Positions 1-13,793 are shown, counted from the stretch's first letter. The stretch is 64,000 nucleotides of DNA from Eledone cirrhosa (GCA_964016885.1 OZ024740.1:239568001-239632000), one strand, 5' to 3'. Program-made: numbers and translations. The notes: a model not told the origin generated them from the letters alone.

Positions 1-156
1 CGGTAAATCCATACGTACATATATATATATGCATATATATATATATATATACATACTACTGTACGTCTGTGTATATATATGTATGCACGTATACATACTT
101 TATTTAAGTAACAGCCGTACTAAGAGTGAGAAATGAAATTTCGTTTCATTTTCTCC

Positions 157-224
<68 letters not shown>

Positions 225-290
225 AAGGAATTGTGGTAAGGATCCAAATGGACTATAACGCACCAGAGTACTCAATACTTAGGGTATTAT

Positions 291-404
<114 letters not shown>

Positions 405-602
405 CCCTATCATATATTCATATACATATTATTAGGAAGAAAAATATATTTTTATCCTTTTTTGTTTCTCTCTCTCTTTTTTCTGGGTTAGAAAATGATT
501 AAAACGAAATGTTTTACTTTGTGTGAAGTGTTAAGGTATTACTTGATTTATTTATTATTTAACAGTGGCATTTATTTATCTATTTATCTATTTAATTATT
601 GT

Positions 603-644
603 CTATTACCGGTTTCAGCATTTTTATGCATTATCAAATGATAG
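603..644 (-). ncRNA. Minimal hammerhead-like motif, U3-A8 variant, in the PLE 3' region (second copy ~51723-51764)
   Basis: Minus strand: cat TTGATAA t gcat aaaa atgc t GAAA CCGG TA atag; stem I is weak. Confidence 0.55.
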
Positions 645-1054
645 TGAAATGTATCAGTGTGGTGTCGCACATGTTAAACAGAAGGTGCAGAAAGAATAAT
701 TTTATTTACAAACAAGGTTTATAAAGTGAAAAGAAAAAAGAAAAAGGAAAAAAAACGTACATATTGTAGAACGTAAAAAGTCAATGTGGAAGAAAAAATA
801 ATGTTATTTACAAGCAAAGTCATTGAAGTTAAGCAGATCAAAATGTGTTAATATAGCAAGAGTGCTTAGTTGATCCATGATTCCGTGATGGAGGCAAATG
901 GTGGACTCAGGTTCGATATGATTTCCCTTTTTAGAGAGTTAATATTCAGGGGGAAGCAATTCTTTCTGGGTGATATTTAATTTATTTAAGAAAAAGGATT
1001 AGGTAGGGTGTGAGGGAGGTAACTCTTGTAAATGTTTGATTGTTTGTTGCAGTT

Positions 1055-3310
1055 TTAGATTGGTCCGATTTTTAGAGCATTAAGTAGGGGTTGAAATTTA
1101 TTAATGAAATGTGTTTCCTTATTGGTACGTTGGATGAAAGTAGCGTTGTCTATGAATTTGTAAATGGGGAAAATTTTAAAGTTTGGATGTTGGTTGAGAG
1201 CACAATTGGCGATATTTTCACTAAATGCAATCTTTCTGTATTCCTGTATTTTAATTTGTGATTTATAGACGGTCATACGTTGACGGAGGCTGTTTTTTGT
1301 CTGTCCTATGTAATGCTCTTGACAACCTGAGCAGGTCAAAACATAGATAAGGTTTTCAGATGCACATGTAAAGTTGTGTTTAACTGTGAAACGTTGCCCT
1401 TGTTTAAAATGGAATGTTGAACCTTCTATTAGATTTATGCATATGCCACAGTTGGGCCTTCCACATTTTGTTACTGTAGGGTTCATTGTGGGGCTTTGTT
1501 GGATTTTGGCTTGTGTGTGGACGTTTTTAATGGATTTTTTTTTTGTCTTTTGCTTTTTATAATGTTGAGTGTTTGGAGGATATTGTTCATTCTTGGGTCT
1601 CTTTTTAGTAAAGGAATGTTCTGGAGGATGGTGTCAAATGCCTGATTGTTGAGGGGGTTGTGTGTGGAGATGTATGGTAGAGTTTTTTGTTGCGGTTCAT
1701 TCCTGGGTTTGGGGCGTCTGAGTTCCTGGATGTCTAGTTTTAGGGCACGTTGGAATCCATTGGTGATTAGGGATGGTGGGTAGTTTCTGCTGATAAGTGT
1801 GTTTTTTAATTCTTCTAGTCGTGTGTAACATGTGTATTTATCTGAAACTATTGTGCAGATCCTTCTGGCTAGGTTATAAGGAATTGCTATTTTAGTATGG
1901 CGAGGGTGGCACGAGTTGAATGGAAGATATTGTTTGGAGTCTGTGAGTTTGTAGTATATGTCTGTTTCTACTTTGTTGCTTGTTTTCTTGATGAGGATGT
2001 CGACGAATGGGAGTTGTTCATGGCTGTAATCCATTGTAAATTGTAAGTTAGTGTTGAGTCCATTCAGAAGGGTTTTGAACTCAAACAGTCTATCTATACT
2101 TTCATGCCAGAGGATGAAGCAGTCGTCCAGATATCTCTTCCAGTTCTTTTCTATGTGTTGGTAGAAGTGGTTGCAGTATTTGTCTAGAACTTTGCGGTAG
2201 AGAATGGTTTCCAAATATCCCATGACATGGATTGGCGTATGAGGGGGGCCACTTTCGTGCCCATGGCAGTCCCAGATTTCTGTCTGTAGTATTTGGCATT
2301 GAATTCGAAGAAATTGTTTTCCAAGATGAATTTGAGTCCCTCCAACACAAATTCCTTAGGGATGCGCTGTGGGAGTTCACTAGGGAAACTTTCCATCCAG
2401 AATTGTATTGCCTCTATACCTAGGTTGTGTGGGATATTGGAATATAAATTGATGACATCAACGGTTACTAGAAGGGTATGTTCGTTATTAAGTGTTGTTG
2501 GGAGGTGGTTGAGCAAGGTCGTCCCTTATGAAGCTTTTTATATGTTTTAGGAAAGGTTCAATCAGAATATCTAGGAAGTTGCTTAGGCGGTGGGTTTCAC
2601 ATGCGGTGCCTGCTATTATGGGTCATCAGGAGGGGCTATATTGATGTAAACGTCTGTGGCTTGCTTGCAGGCCCTACCTATTACTTCGCTTTTGTGTGTC
2701 TTGGAGATACCGTAGAAGAGGCTGGTTCTGCTTTTGAAATTGGTGATGTAGTTGTATTCCTTGTCTGTAAGGCATTCTTTGTAAAGGGTTGTTAGGGATT
2801 TTAGGTTTCCCATTATTTTCTGTTGTGTGTCGTGTTGGGCCTTTTCATAATATGTTTGGTTTTCTAGAGTTGAGAGTACTAGAGTTGTGTAATAATCTGT
2901 CTCCATAAGGACTACTGCACTCCCTTTATCTGCCTCTTTGATTGTTAGGGTTTTGTCGTTTTTTAGACTGTTAAGACCATTCCATTCTATTTTGCTTAGG
3001 TTTGGTTTTTGTTTATGTCTGTGTAGGTAGTGGTATGGGTAATTAGTAATGTGTTCGCAGAATTGATCGAGGAATTTATTCTTGCATTTTGGTCGGGTGT
3101 AGTTGCTTCTATTTCTGGCTATTGAGTCATCCTCATTGTATTGTCGTATAGTTGTTCGCTGAGTCTTAGTTTTCTACAGAATTCTGCAATATCTTCCTTC
3201 ATTTCGGGGTAGTTTCGTTGTTGGGGAGTTGGTGTAAATTTTAGACCTTTGGAGAGCATGTTGATTTGGTCAGTTGTTGATTCTTTAGAGGTTAAATTGA
3301 CAATTTTTAT
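1055..3310 (-). pseudogene. PLE reverse transcriptase-GIY-YIG endonuclease ORF broken by frameshifts and stops
   Basis: ORFs 2616-2906, 2184-2516, 1483-2223 and 1055-1486 lie in shifting frames with consecutive PLE motifs. Confidence 0.9.
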
Positions 3311-3439
3311 TGCATTTTGTGTCTCTTGTGTGTTTTGTGTTATCTTGTAATCCTGTGTCTGTGTGCTGTGTCTAAAAAATGATTATGGAAGTTGTGATGG
3401 CTGTTGAAGTTTGGATGTCTCTTATAGTTGTATTAGCTC

Positions 3440-3700
3440 CTGCTGTTGTTGTAAGATGGTGTGTAGCTGTGGTGGTTGTTGAGTTTAGGTTGTATCGTGT
3501 GGTTGTATTGAGCCCTGCTGATGTTGTTGTAGGGTGTGTAGATTTGATGGACGTAGTTATAAGGTGTGAAGTTGTGGTGGTTGTTGAAGTTGGGTTGTAT
3601 CGTGTGGTTGTGTTGAGCACTGCTGTTGTTGTAGAGTGTGTAGACTTGGTGGTAGTTGTAGTAGGGTTGTCTTGTAAGTTCATATTGAGTCCTATTGTTG
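3440..3700 (-). repeat. Degenerate Thr-rich tandem repeats upstream of the PLE ORF
   Basis: Repeated gttgtatcgtgtggttgt(a/g)ttgagc..tgctg units; ORF 3372-3683 repeats LNTTTRYN. Confidence 0.6.
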
Positions 3701-3737
3701 CTGTTATATGGTATGTAGCTATGGTGGTTGTAGTGGT

Positions 3738-3768
<31 letters not shown>

Positions 3769-4133
3769 ATATGAATAAACTTAGTCCTTCATCAGTGATC
3801 TTCCAGCCTTCATTGGTATTTCATCGTTTTAAAGACCATATACCTCTGGTTGGTGCGAGCAACGGCTAAAGAAAGTCGTTGGGACACATAAATAGGGTGA
3901 ACGAGCGAGACAGTAAACAAACAAAGATGGTAATGCAACGAAAAGTGAGGAAGAAGGAATCAAGTCCCTGAAATCGATGAACATAAGTTCGGTGAAATCG
4001 TAGACAAGAGAGAATAAAGACCATCCGACCTGGTCGAAATGTAAGCGAGGAAAGAATTTCGCACAGGTCAAACGGGAGGAAGTAGGAGAGGGTGTAGCAG
4101 AGAGTGAGTGAGGGAAAGTGTGAGGAAGAGGCT

Positions 4134-4198
<65 letters not shown>

Positions 4199-4492
4199 TG
4201 ACTGGCAGAGGGGGTAAAGGAAGTGAACCATGCAGCCCGCCATGTTTTCATATTTTTCATATATTTATATATTTTCCTCCGCTGTGACCCGTCTGTTTCT
4301 TTCTTACTGCTTCCCCCTTCTTTGTATCTCTCACTTCCTTTTACCCCCTCTGCCAGTCACTCTCTCTCTGTTAGCCTCTTCCCCACACTTTCACTCACTC
4401 ACTCTCTGCTACTCCCTCTCCTACTTCCTCCCGGCGAAACAATTGTAACGCACAATAAATTGAGTTCAGATGCATCACTGATTTTTCGCTTC

Positions 4493-4529
<37 letters not shown>

Positions 4530-4559
4530 AAAGAATAGAGGTGTAACACACAAGTTATT

Positions 4560-4953
4560 ATATATTGGTAAACGGAATAGAAAATGCTGACAAATTGTTC
4601 ACAGTTGAAAAATGGTTTAATTAGGAATAAAAGAGTATTAGTGATTGTATAGGTTAGTATTCAGTTGTGGTTTTAAGTTTTTAAGTTTTTACCGGTTGCG
4701 CATTTCTAAATGCTTTTCAAAAATAATTTTGAGATAGAGTGTCCGTGTTGTTTGCTCTGATCAGAGCAAACAGCACGGACACTCTATCTCAAAATTATTT
4801 TTGAAAAGCATTTAGAAATGCGCAACCGGTAAAAACTTAAAAACTTAAAACCACAACTGAATACTAACCTATACAATCACTAATACTCTTTTATTCCTAA
4901 TTAAACCATTTTTCAACTGTGAACAATTTGTCAGCATTTTCTATTCCGTTTAC

Positions 4954-4960
<7 letters not shown>
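4560..4960. repeat. Near-perfect spacerless palindrome, ~200-bp arms, within (TA)n
   Basis: Centre gctctga|tcagagc at 4760/4761; single-arm copy at ~46113-46310. Confidence 0.95.
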
Positions 4961-4985
<25 letters not shown>

Positions 4986-5237
4986 GAAAAGTATAGAAAT
5001 TATTATGAGCAAGAAGCACACAGTATTTCATAATATATAAGTGACTATAGCGTGAAAATGGGAAAATAGTTAACGTAAGATGTGGGAAAAATAATTCAAA
5101 CTCAATTCAAAAAGAATCAGGATATAGATTCATCCAATAGAATTTAGTGAAATTCAGGGAAAAATCAATCGAGCCTTAACTCATGATAAAATAAAGTTTA
5201 AAATACTCATCCTTCAATTTGGAGAAACTACAAATGT

Positions 5238-5302
5238 TCTGTATAGTCTTGAAAAGACTATTTCACGAAACTTTCATTTGGGATGGTTCGATCATCAGCA
5301 GA
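5238..5302 (-). ncRNA. Type I hammerhead ribozyme
   Basis: tctg CTGATGA t cgaa..ttcg t GAAA tagtct tttca agacta TA caga; all three stems pair. Confidence 0.8.
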
Positions 5303-5653
5303 GCTCAACACGATAACCAAAATCCGCTGATTATAATATGCCAAAAAGGGAATTTAAAAGCGGGCTAGTTCGACATCATGCGTAATTATGAAAATAAAAC
5401 ATATATATGTGTGTGTGTGTATATATATCTATATATCTATATATATCGTTTCTGAATTTGTTTAGCAAGATTCTTTATCTGAAAACGTGTGTTGAAACCG
5501 ATATTGTTATACTTTGGGAGGGTCATGTTGCCAATAAGAAATACACGCACCAGTTGCTTTCACTTCAATTTATTATAATAAATTTATAAATTTAGGAATT
5601 TATAAATTTCCGGTTGGTTGGTTGGTCCACAACCGGATGGTTGTTTATATATT

Positions 5654-5696
5654 GTCAAAGTTCTTTCGTCACGCATTCTGTGACCTCTTCAGTGAC
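5654..5696 (-). ncRNA. Minimal hammerhead at the PLE 3' terminus (inverted copy 8020-8062 on +)
   Basis: gtca CTGAAGA g gtcac agaatgc gtgac GAAA gaac TT tgac. Confidence 0.7.
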
Positions 5697-5896
5697 TGGG
5701 ATTCTTTTCTTTCTTTTTGTGCCTCTCCTTTGTTCTGTCCTACGCCATTTTGTTTCTGTGTGTGTGTTGTGTGCTCAGTCTGTGCATGCGCCACATCCGG
5801 GTGTCTGTGTGTGCTTATATTCGTTTATTTATTTGTTTATTTACATGTTACAGGTTGGTTGTTTGTTCTATGTGCGTGTGTGTTTTCATTTTGTCC

Positions 5897-7330
5897 TTAA
5901 TTGTAAGTTGTGATGTTGCTGTTCCACTCATATTTTCTATTTAATTTTGGTTGTAATTCTATTATGTTTATTGCCTCTGTGATTTGTCTAAACATTGCGT
6001 CTTTTCTGTGTGTAGATTTTATTTTTATTTCTATGTTCTCTAATTTACCCTTATGTTCTATTTTAGCATGTTGGTAGAGTACAGATGATTCTTTACTATC
6101 TTGAAGGTCTCGCCAGTATTCATTTATCCGTTCCCCTACACTACGAGCTGTCTCACCTATGTACACTATATTTTTGTCTCTACATTGTCCTTCAGTAGAT
6201 CTTATGCTATATACTACATTTCTAGTTTTACAGTTAATATGGGGGCTTAATTTACAGTTTATAAATTTCTTATCTATACAGGGGGGTCTTTGAAAAGGGT
6301 ATGTCTTGCTAATAAGTGTTTTTACGGAGGTACCTGGTCTTTCTACTATCTTAATATTGAGTTTACGTTTATCTAGGGCCCTTCTAAATTTGTAAGCTAA
6401 TTCACCTCTAGGGGTTGTATCGATGAACATTACACTCTGGTATTTATTGCTATCATACCATGAGTTTATTCTATTAGCCTTATTCCTAGTTCTATCTATT
6501 CTATTCCAAAATTTGCTCCTATACAAGGGGCAGGTCCGATTTGTGTCATTATTTACCATTTTTTCCCATTTGGTTCTGGCTCCTCTATACACTCTGATTT
6601 TATCTCTCTGATTGTAACCAGAGAACTGCATAGGGTGGATGAAGTGTTGTATGTGTCTCTCTAGTTCTTCGGGGTTGCACATGCGGGACACGTTTCTCAT
6701 CACCCGTACCAAATCCGCAATCAGTATGTTGATTTGGGTATGGTCCGAAACAGCTGAGTTTCGGTGGATCAGATATTTGGAAGTCATGGGTTTGGCATAA
6801 TGGGAATGGAGGATTTGTTTTTTGTTATTAATGGTATCTAACCAGAGCTCTGTGTCTAGTACAGGTAATCGATGGTTGGGGTGTTTACTTGGGTAGTCTA
6901 TAGTAACTCTAATACTCTGGTGTATGGAGTTAGCTATTTGCTGGATGCTTTCCATTGTGTTTTTCTCTAGTTCCTGACTTTTCTCTAGTGGGGGTGTTTT
7001 AACTACCATGTTTATATCATCAACGTAGCGGGAGTACATTATCAGGGTTAAGGGGTCTTCTAATTGTTCTTTAAGTTTAAGTTTAAGTCTACTGTCCCAC
7101 CATACCATGAATAAGTTAGCTATGTCGCCTGCAATGCTAACACCAATGGCTGCTCCTTCCTCTTGGGCATATGTTTTTCCATTAAATTTGAACATATGTT
7201 CCTTAGGGGTTAATTTTATGCTAGCCCCCACCGCATGTGCAATCATTTTCTTCAGTTCATCGTGGTTTTCAGGTGTCCGTATGGCTCTGGTCCACCCGTT
7301 CCATCTATCTGTGTGGGTTTTCTTGGCCAT
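5897..7330 (-). CDS. PLE RT (C-terminal half) + GIY-YIG endonuclease, 477 aa, 5'-truncated
   Basis: YAQEEGAAIGVSIAGDIANLFM, YSRYVDDI, LPVLDT, NVVYSI..YIGETARSVGERINE, EAINIIELQPKLNRKYEW. Confidence 0.88.
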   Translation of the reverse strand: MAKKTHTDRWNGWTRAIRTPENHDELKKMIAHAVGASIKLTPKEHMFKFNGKTYAQEEGAAIGVSIAGDIANLFMVWWDSRLKLKLKEQLEDPLTLIMYSRYVDDINMVVKTPPLEKSQELEKNTMESIQQIANSIHQSIRVTIDYPSKHPNHRLPVLDTELWLDTINNKKQILHSHYAKPMTSKYLIHRNSAVSDHTQINILIADLVRVMRNVSRMCNPEELERHIQHFIHPMQFSGYNQRDKIRVYRGARTKWEKMVNNDTNRTCPLYRSKFWNRIDRTRNKANRINSWYDSNKYQSVMFIDTTPRGELAYKFRRALDKRKLNIKIVERPGTSVKTLISKTYPFQRPPCIDKKFINCKLSPHINCKTRNVVYSIRSTEGQCRDKNIVYIGETARSVGERINEYWRDLQDSKESSVLYQHAKIEHKGKLENIEIKIKSTHRKDAMFRQITEAINIIELQPKLNRKYEWNSNITTYN

Positions 7331-8126
7331 TGAGGTAATGGTAGGTGGTCTGCCTCTTGCTGGTCTTGTAGGGCACAGGTTGTTAAGGTCGTATGTGTCT
7401 AGTTAATTATTACTATAGGTAAGTTTAAGTAGGAGTCCCAGCTCACTGGTATCAATCCCACGGAACTCAACATTGCTCTCACTGATAATTTCAGAAATGT
7501 AGTATATAGCATAAGATGTACTGAAGGACAATGTAGAAACAAAAATATAGTGTACATAGGTGAGACAGCTCGTAGTGTAGGGGAACGGATAAATGAACAC
7601 TGGCGAGACCTTCAAGATAGTAAAGAATCATCTGTACTCTACCAACATGCTAAAATAGAACATAAGGGTAAATTAGATAACATAGAAATAAAAATAGAAT
7701 CTACACACAGAAAAGACGCAATGTTTAGACAAATCACAGAGGCAATAAACATAATAGAATTACAACCAAAATTAAATAGAAAATATGAGTGGAACAGCAA
7801 TATCACAACTTACAATTAAGGACAAAATGAAAACACACACACACATAGAACAAACAACCAACCAGTAACATGTAAATAAACAAATAACTAAACGAATATA
7901 AACACACACAGACACCCGGATGTGGCGCATGCGCAGACTGAGCACACAACACACACACAGAAACAAAATGGCGTAGGACAGAACAAAGGAGAGGCACAAA
8001 AAGAAAGAAAAGAATCCCAGTCACTGAAGAGGTCACAGAATGTGTGACGAAAGAACTTTGACATATATAAGTATATATATATATGCATTATAAATAACAA
8101 TCAAAGCGTGGTTAAAACATTTAATC

Positions 8127-8171
8127 ACTTACGATCGTTTCATCCTAGCATAAGACCGTGATCATCGGAGT
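8127..8171 (-). ncRNA. Degenerate hammerhead-like motif (U4C)
   Basis: act CCGATGA ... GAAA CGATCG TA agt; palindromic stem III, weak stem II. Confidence 0.45.
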
Positions 8172-8720
8172 TTATAACAAAGGTTAAAACACAAATATAA
8201 TATCAGAAGTTTGTTATAAGAACATTAGTAGGATACATAATATGGGAAGCAAGCATAAGGATCAACATTATATAAGAAAAGATAACAAAGGCGGAAGAAG
8301 CACATGAAACATTTGAAGCACATGAAAAATATGAGAGCAGCTAAAAACATTAAAAATTAAAACAAAAATTTTAAACATGCTGCTATAGAGAAATATGCTG
8401 TTACAGAAAGGGTTAAGAATAGTGCAAGACATAATCAGTAAATACACATTTATTATACGCATTAAAAAATGTATAAAGTTAATAAGAGCAGGTGTGCAGT
8501 TCAAATATAAATTTGAAAAATATAAAAATACATCTCCCAAAGAAATTTTTATTAATGGATATAAAAAGTTCGACTGCGTAATTCAGTCATAAAAATAAGC
8601 TATAATTTTTCAAACCATTCAAAGATAATAATGTTGAATACATATATATATGTGTATATATAAACACACACACTTACATACACCCACACACACATACACA
8701 CATATATATATATACACACA

Positions 8721-8851
<131 letters not shown>

Positions 8852-9689
8852 CTACGTGTATATGATATATTTGTGTATTATTTTGTACACTACACATAAA
8901 TTGAGTCGTTCACCTACAAATCAACAATGCTGATATGCATGTGTTTAATTGTAAAAAAGTGAATTCAAATAGAAAATCTTTAGATTAGCTTCCCATTCCT
9001 AATTATTTTATTGCCTGGCCGAATATTTGTACACTCAGTTGTTTTTATTTATTTATTCTCAAGGCTAATATTGTTCCCAAACTAATACTCTCATATCTTT
9101 TCTTGTGAATGGGCTTCTCTTATCACTGTTCCAAAAGCAAGAGATAATTTTAAAGTCGTTTTGTTCTAATTCAAATCAGAAAATAATTCCTCAGAATTTA
9201 AATACTCAGAATTATTTATCTTTAAATATTTTGTGTAATTTCGTTTTATGATTTAAAATAATTTCTTCCTCCCTTTCAAATATTCTTCCCGAGAAGTACA
9301 TTATACTCTCTAGTGAAAGTGTAGAATACAAATAACATACAAACACCATCTCAATCAATAAATGTCACTTTTGAATTTGAGGGGGCAGTAATGAGTTTAA
9401 CATTGTAAGTTGAATAGAGCAGATATATCAAACCACTAATTAAACCTCTGAACGAGATTTTGAGATGGCTTTTCCATTGCTGATTAACATGACATATATT
9501 AGTAGTTCTGAGGAAGAATGATTGTACAGTTCAGAGCATAAAGTAGTTAACCAAGAACATCAATAACACTTGAAATAGTTGTGATAGACTTTCAAACAAT
9601 TTCAAGAATTAATCATGTCATTTTAGTTGGTATCGTGTCGTGAAGATAACACGAAATAATTAAATATCTCAGCTAAAAGTTAATACCGA

Positions 9690-9961
9690 TTTCCCTCTTA
9701 AGCCAGAAGGCTCATTTGGCCGGTGCTTATCTCGGTTTCGTGGCGTGAAGTGACTGAGAGTACAAGACTCCCTCTGGACAGGACGCCAGTCCATCGCAGG
9801 GTTAAACCTCCAGCTATTGCTGGTACTCATTTTCAGCTGTGTATACTCGAGCAGCGTAAAATGAAGTGTTTTGATCAAGAGCACAACATGCAACCCAGGA
9901 ATCGAACATGACATTATGATCGTAAGTCCAACACCCTTACCACTAGGCCACGTGCCTCCAC
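9690..9961 (-). mobile_element. tRNA-derived SINE, second family (related copies ~44752-44945 minus, ~42755-42860 partial)
   Basis: Minus strand A box tggcctagtgg and B box tgttcgattcc; body shared with the 44.8-kb copy. Confidence 0.75.
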
Positions 9962-10552
9962 TCTTGTATGTATATATAGACCCGTAATTCCTGGTAGAGT
10001 TGTAGACAACGTTTTGGGGGCTTTTTGTTTAGACCTGGCGAAACTCCTCCCTCTCCAGACCTGAACACGACCAATTTCTTCCAGAGTGAGGAAAGCGAGC
10101 GATAGGGAGGAAGTGAGAAAGAGATATAGAGGAAACAACGACATCAGAACTGGACTGGTATTTTGATTTATCGACTTTAGAAGGATGAAAAGCAAAGTTG
10201 ACCTCGGCGGGATTTGAACTCAGAGCACAGAGAACCGGAACGAATACTACAAAACATTCTATTAGACTTTCTAACGACTCTCCCCATTTGCCACCTTGAT
10301 TTCCATCTTAGAGTAATACATTTTCAGCGGTAATGTTTTCGGAGAGATAAAAGAAAAGAAAGACTGTAATATGACAGTGTATATTTAAAGTTTGAGTTTA
10401 GCTACGCATAAACAACATTGGAGAATTGTGGACACAATTTATGTACAAGATTCAAAGATGTAGTTATATTTGATAAATCTCTTAACAGTAGGTGTCATCT
10501 GTTTTTGTTATTTAACCATATTTCTAGTCTATAAACTGCGTTTTAGTGTATA

Positions 10553-11800
10553 CTAGACTACCCGTGACCCGTTGGGTCATGTTCACTTAAAAATAATTTT
10601 TAAATAATTAAAATATACACAAAATGTATATAATGTAAAATGACATTGGAAAGCCAATATATATATATATATACGTGTATGTGTGTGTGTATATGTACGT
10701 GTATATATATATATGTGTGCTTGTGTGTGTGGGGTGTCTGTGGCCTATATACACTGGTTACAGACACACACACACATACATCCTGTCCTAACACAAGTTA
10801 TAAGATACATATAACTTAATATTCAGTCACCAAATTCAAGCTAGATACAGTAATGTATCAATTCTTTGAAGTCACCTGTCATAATTTCATTCAACAACAC
10901 CACCAGCTCTCCCCCTCTCTCTCTCACAACCATTATCTGCGTTTGTATTCACATTTCAATGGTACCTTACTTTCAAAGAATTTTCCCATTATGCGCTGAT
11001 TTGGCTATTTATAAAGGTACCCGAAAAACCCGCGTATCTCGGGAACCCGTGGTCCGATTTACGCGAAACTTGTTTTTTCACTGTATTATTCACAAGTATT
11101 TTCACAAAGAAAACGTCAAATAATTGTTCACTAATAGCTATCCAATCACTCCACTTCAAATTCTTTTTTTCTATATCTCTATGGATGCTTGACTGTTTGT
11201 TCTGAAAGATTTTTCTGCTTAAAAAGTTGCAATGTTAATGAAAAACTGGTTTTATTTACAAAAATTTTAAAGCAATTATTCTTACTTGTCTTAGTTTTTC
11301 CTTTTCCTTTCATATTCTGACGCGGAATCAAGATTTTCTCATATTTACGCTGTTACAGTTTGTTCAAAAGAATGCTTTTTGATGACAACATTCTTAGTTG
11401 ACTGGGTATCCTTCAGAAACACTCGGACATTTTCTTTTCGTTTTTCGCGGCTAAGGGCTACATACAGTTGACCGTGTTGGAATACAGGTCGTTCCAGATA
11501 AACCAAGACGTTTTTCCATAGTTTGTCCTTGTGCTTTATGAATAGTCATAGCGACGCACGATTGAACTGGGAATTGGTTTCGCTGCAAAGGGATATCCTC
11601 ACCTTCGGATAGATTAATTCTTATTCTAGGTATCATAACGATCTCATTTCTGGAAGCAGCAGTGTTGATTCTTGCTACTATGAGATTGTCGTGCAGTTCT
11701 ACCACGATCATGCGCGTTCCATTACAAAGACTTGGAGGATTCAAGTTTCTCATAAGAATTATTGGCGATCCTTTTTTCAATTCCAGGTTATGTGGTGGCA
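10553..11800 (-). mobile_element. Helitron 3' fragment with PIF1-type helicase C-terminus
   Basis: IILMRNLNPPSLCNGTRM, QFPVQSCVAMTIHKAQGQT, then HGQLYVALSR after a frameshift; 3' hairpin tgaccc-aac-gggtca followed by CTAG at 10553-10556. Confidence 0.88.
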
Positions 11801-12258
11801 GTCAAGGAATTTAGTCGGGAAATGAGTGGCTATCGTCAGCATCGTATACCTTTCTGTCAGATGGTTGAACGTTTGAAAGAATATACTTTCTTATGCATAT
11901 TAACGGCTGAGCAGCCTAATTTGCATATCGAGTGAGTTAGTCGGCCGGGCGTGCCGAAAAAGTGATAAACAAAGATTGGTATTCCAATTTTGAACTTGTT
12001 TACAGTATTCTTTCTGCCTTTGTTAATATTATAGCTTTAAAGAATTAGCCTTTTAATGAATCCCCTTTCTTTAAATTCTCCAACCAATTACCTACACACA
12101 TCTCCTACCCCAAATAAGGAAAGACATAAATGATTTCTCACGAATGAAACAGTTCTAGTCCTGTAGAAGCTCTTCTATATTAAAACTGTTATACTCTGCT
12201 ATGTATTGAGTACCTTACTTACTGTGGTTACCTCCCATTCAACCCGGGATAACTTACC

Positions 12259-12289
<31 letters not shown>

Positions 12290-13162
12290 AAAAAAGATAA
12301 AATCGAAAATGCAACTGAGATGGAGGGTTTGTGGTTTTTCTCGCTGCGAGAAAAACCACAAACCCTCCATCTCAGTTCTACTTTTGAAAAGCACAAGAAC
12401 TGCGGAACCGGTAAATGAACCAAATAAATATATTTAAAAAAACAGACTCCAGTTGCATTTTCGATTTCCTCTTTTTTCCTTATACTTTCACTCGTATAGG
12501 ACACCTCGTTTTTTTCATTTTGTAAAAAAAACTCACTTTCTAATATATATATATATATATAAGCAAGACAAATTCAATTGAAGCGTAGTAAATAATTAAA
12601 AAAATGTTTGCCTGCTGTCTGCCGGAAAGATATATTTGAGTGATAGATAAAAATCAATGAATTTACAATGATTGAAGTTAAGTGATGTGCTGAAACAAAA
12701 TGATAGTTAGGAAGAAAAAGAAACTGTTATAATAGCTGAAATGAACACATTTAGTAAGAGTCAATAGAGAATAATAAAGAAACGAGAAAGCTATAGTGTT
12801 TGAGATTTAATCGAGAAGAGAAAAATACGACGAAGGTCTTAAGGTTCTACTTATTTTCAGTAAAATGTCTAATCAAACGTAATAAGATTAAAAACGGAAG
12901 AACGAAGCAAGCAAGATTTATACAATAACGATAGCATAATAAAATAAGATATAGCAATAGAATTAATAAAACAAAACATTTAATCGAATAATAGAAAAAG
13001 TTATACACAGATGAGTGATGAATGAAGAGAAAATCATGAAGACAGAGAGAGGAAAGAGCTAACGTAAAATGTCTAGAAACATGTATAATTAAACATAAAG
13101 ATAATGTGTGGAGAAATATATACACACATACACGGGTGGTCTAGTGTATATATGTATATATA

Positions 13163-13244
<82 letters not shown>

Positions 13245-13704
13245 GTGTTAGAAAGTAAACAGACACAAACAAGAGATGGACATTTTCCCTTCATCAGTTG
13301 TCTACTACGGATCACAGATGTTTCAGCACATTATAGACAATACATCTATCCGTAGTGCAACCATAACTTTTTATCTATCAAAAAGCTATGAGGGGAAAGA
13401 GGCGATAGCGAAGAGTAGAAAGAAAAAGAGATAAACAAGGAAGAAAACATACCGAAAGAACGGTGAACCACAGGACAATGGCATAAGTAAGTAACCGTGA
13501 GAAGAGAGAGGACGAAGTTTAAAAAAAGGCAGTTGGGTTTTAAAGCCCAGGAGCTCTATTAATAGCGGAGAGATGAGAGAAACACCTCTATTCACAGTGA
13601 AAGCAGGCGCAACGAGTGAGAAAGACGGAGGAAACAGAAGTGGTAAGGGGGCAGAAAGAGAAGGGGTGAGTAAGATGGATAGAGAGAGAAAGGGAGGAGG
13701 AGGA

Positions 13705-13793
13705 AAAAGAGAGTTAATCCAAAAGGGTGGTAGGACATAAGTCTGACCAGGATAGACAAAACAAGAGAGGAGAGAGAGAGGAGAGAGAGTGAG

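Larger units (their letters stand above)
427..3720 (-). mobile_element. Penelope-like element (PLE), near full length, frameshifted; RT + C-terminal GIY-YIG, 3' UTR/pLTR about 427-1054
   Basis: Collinear minus-strand fragments: N-terminal IVNLT..MLSKGLKFTPTP..DIAEFCRKLRL (~3160-3310), RT (LVTVDVINLYSNIPH, YRQKSGTAMGTKVAP, WKRYLDDCF, LPFVDI, YLPFNSCHP), GIY-YIG (CGRPNCGIC, NLIYVLTCSGCQEHYIGQT); bounded by (TA)n. Confidence 0.92.
5652..8063 (-). mobile_element. 5'-truncated PLE with inverted duplication of its 3' end (7497-8063)
   Basis: ORF 5897-7330 with PLE motifs; 7497-8063 is the reverse complement of ~5652-6220. Confidence 0.92.
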
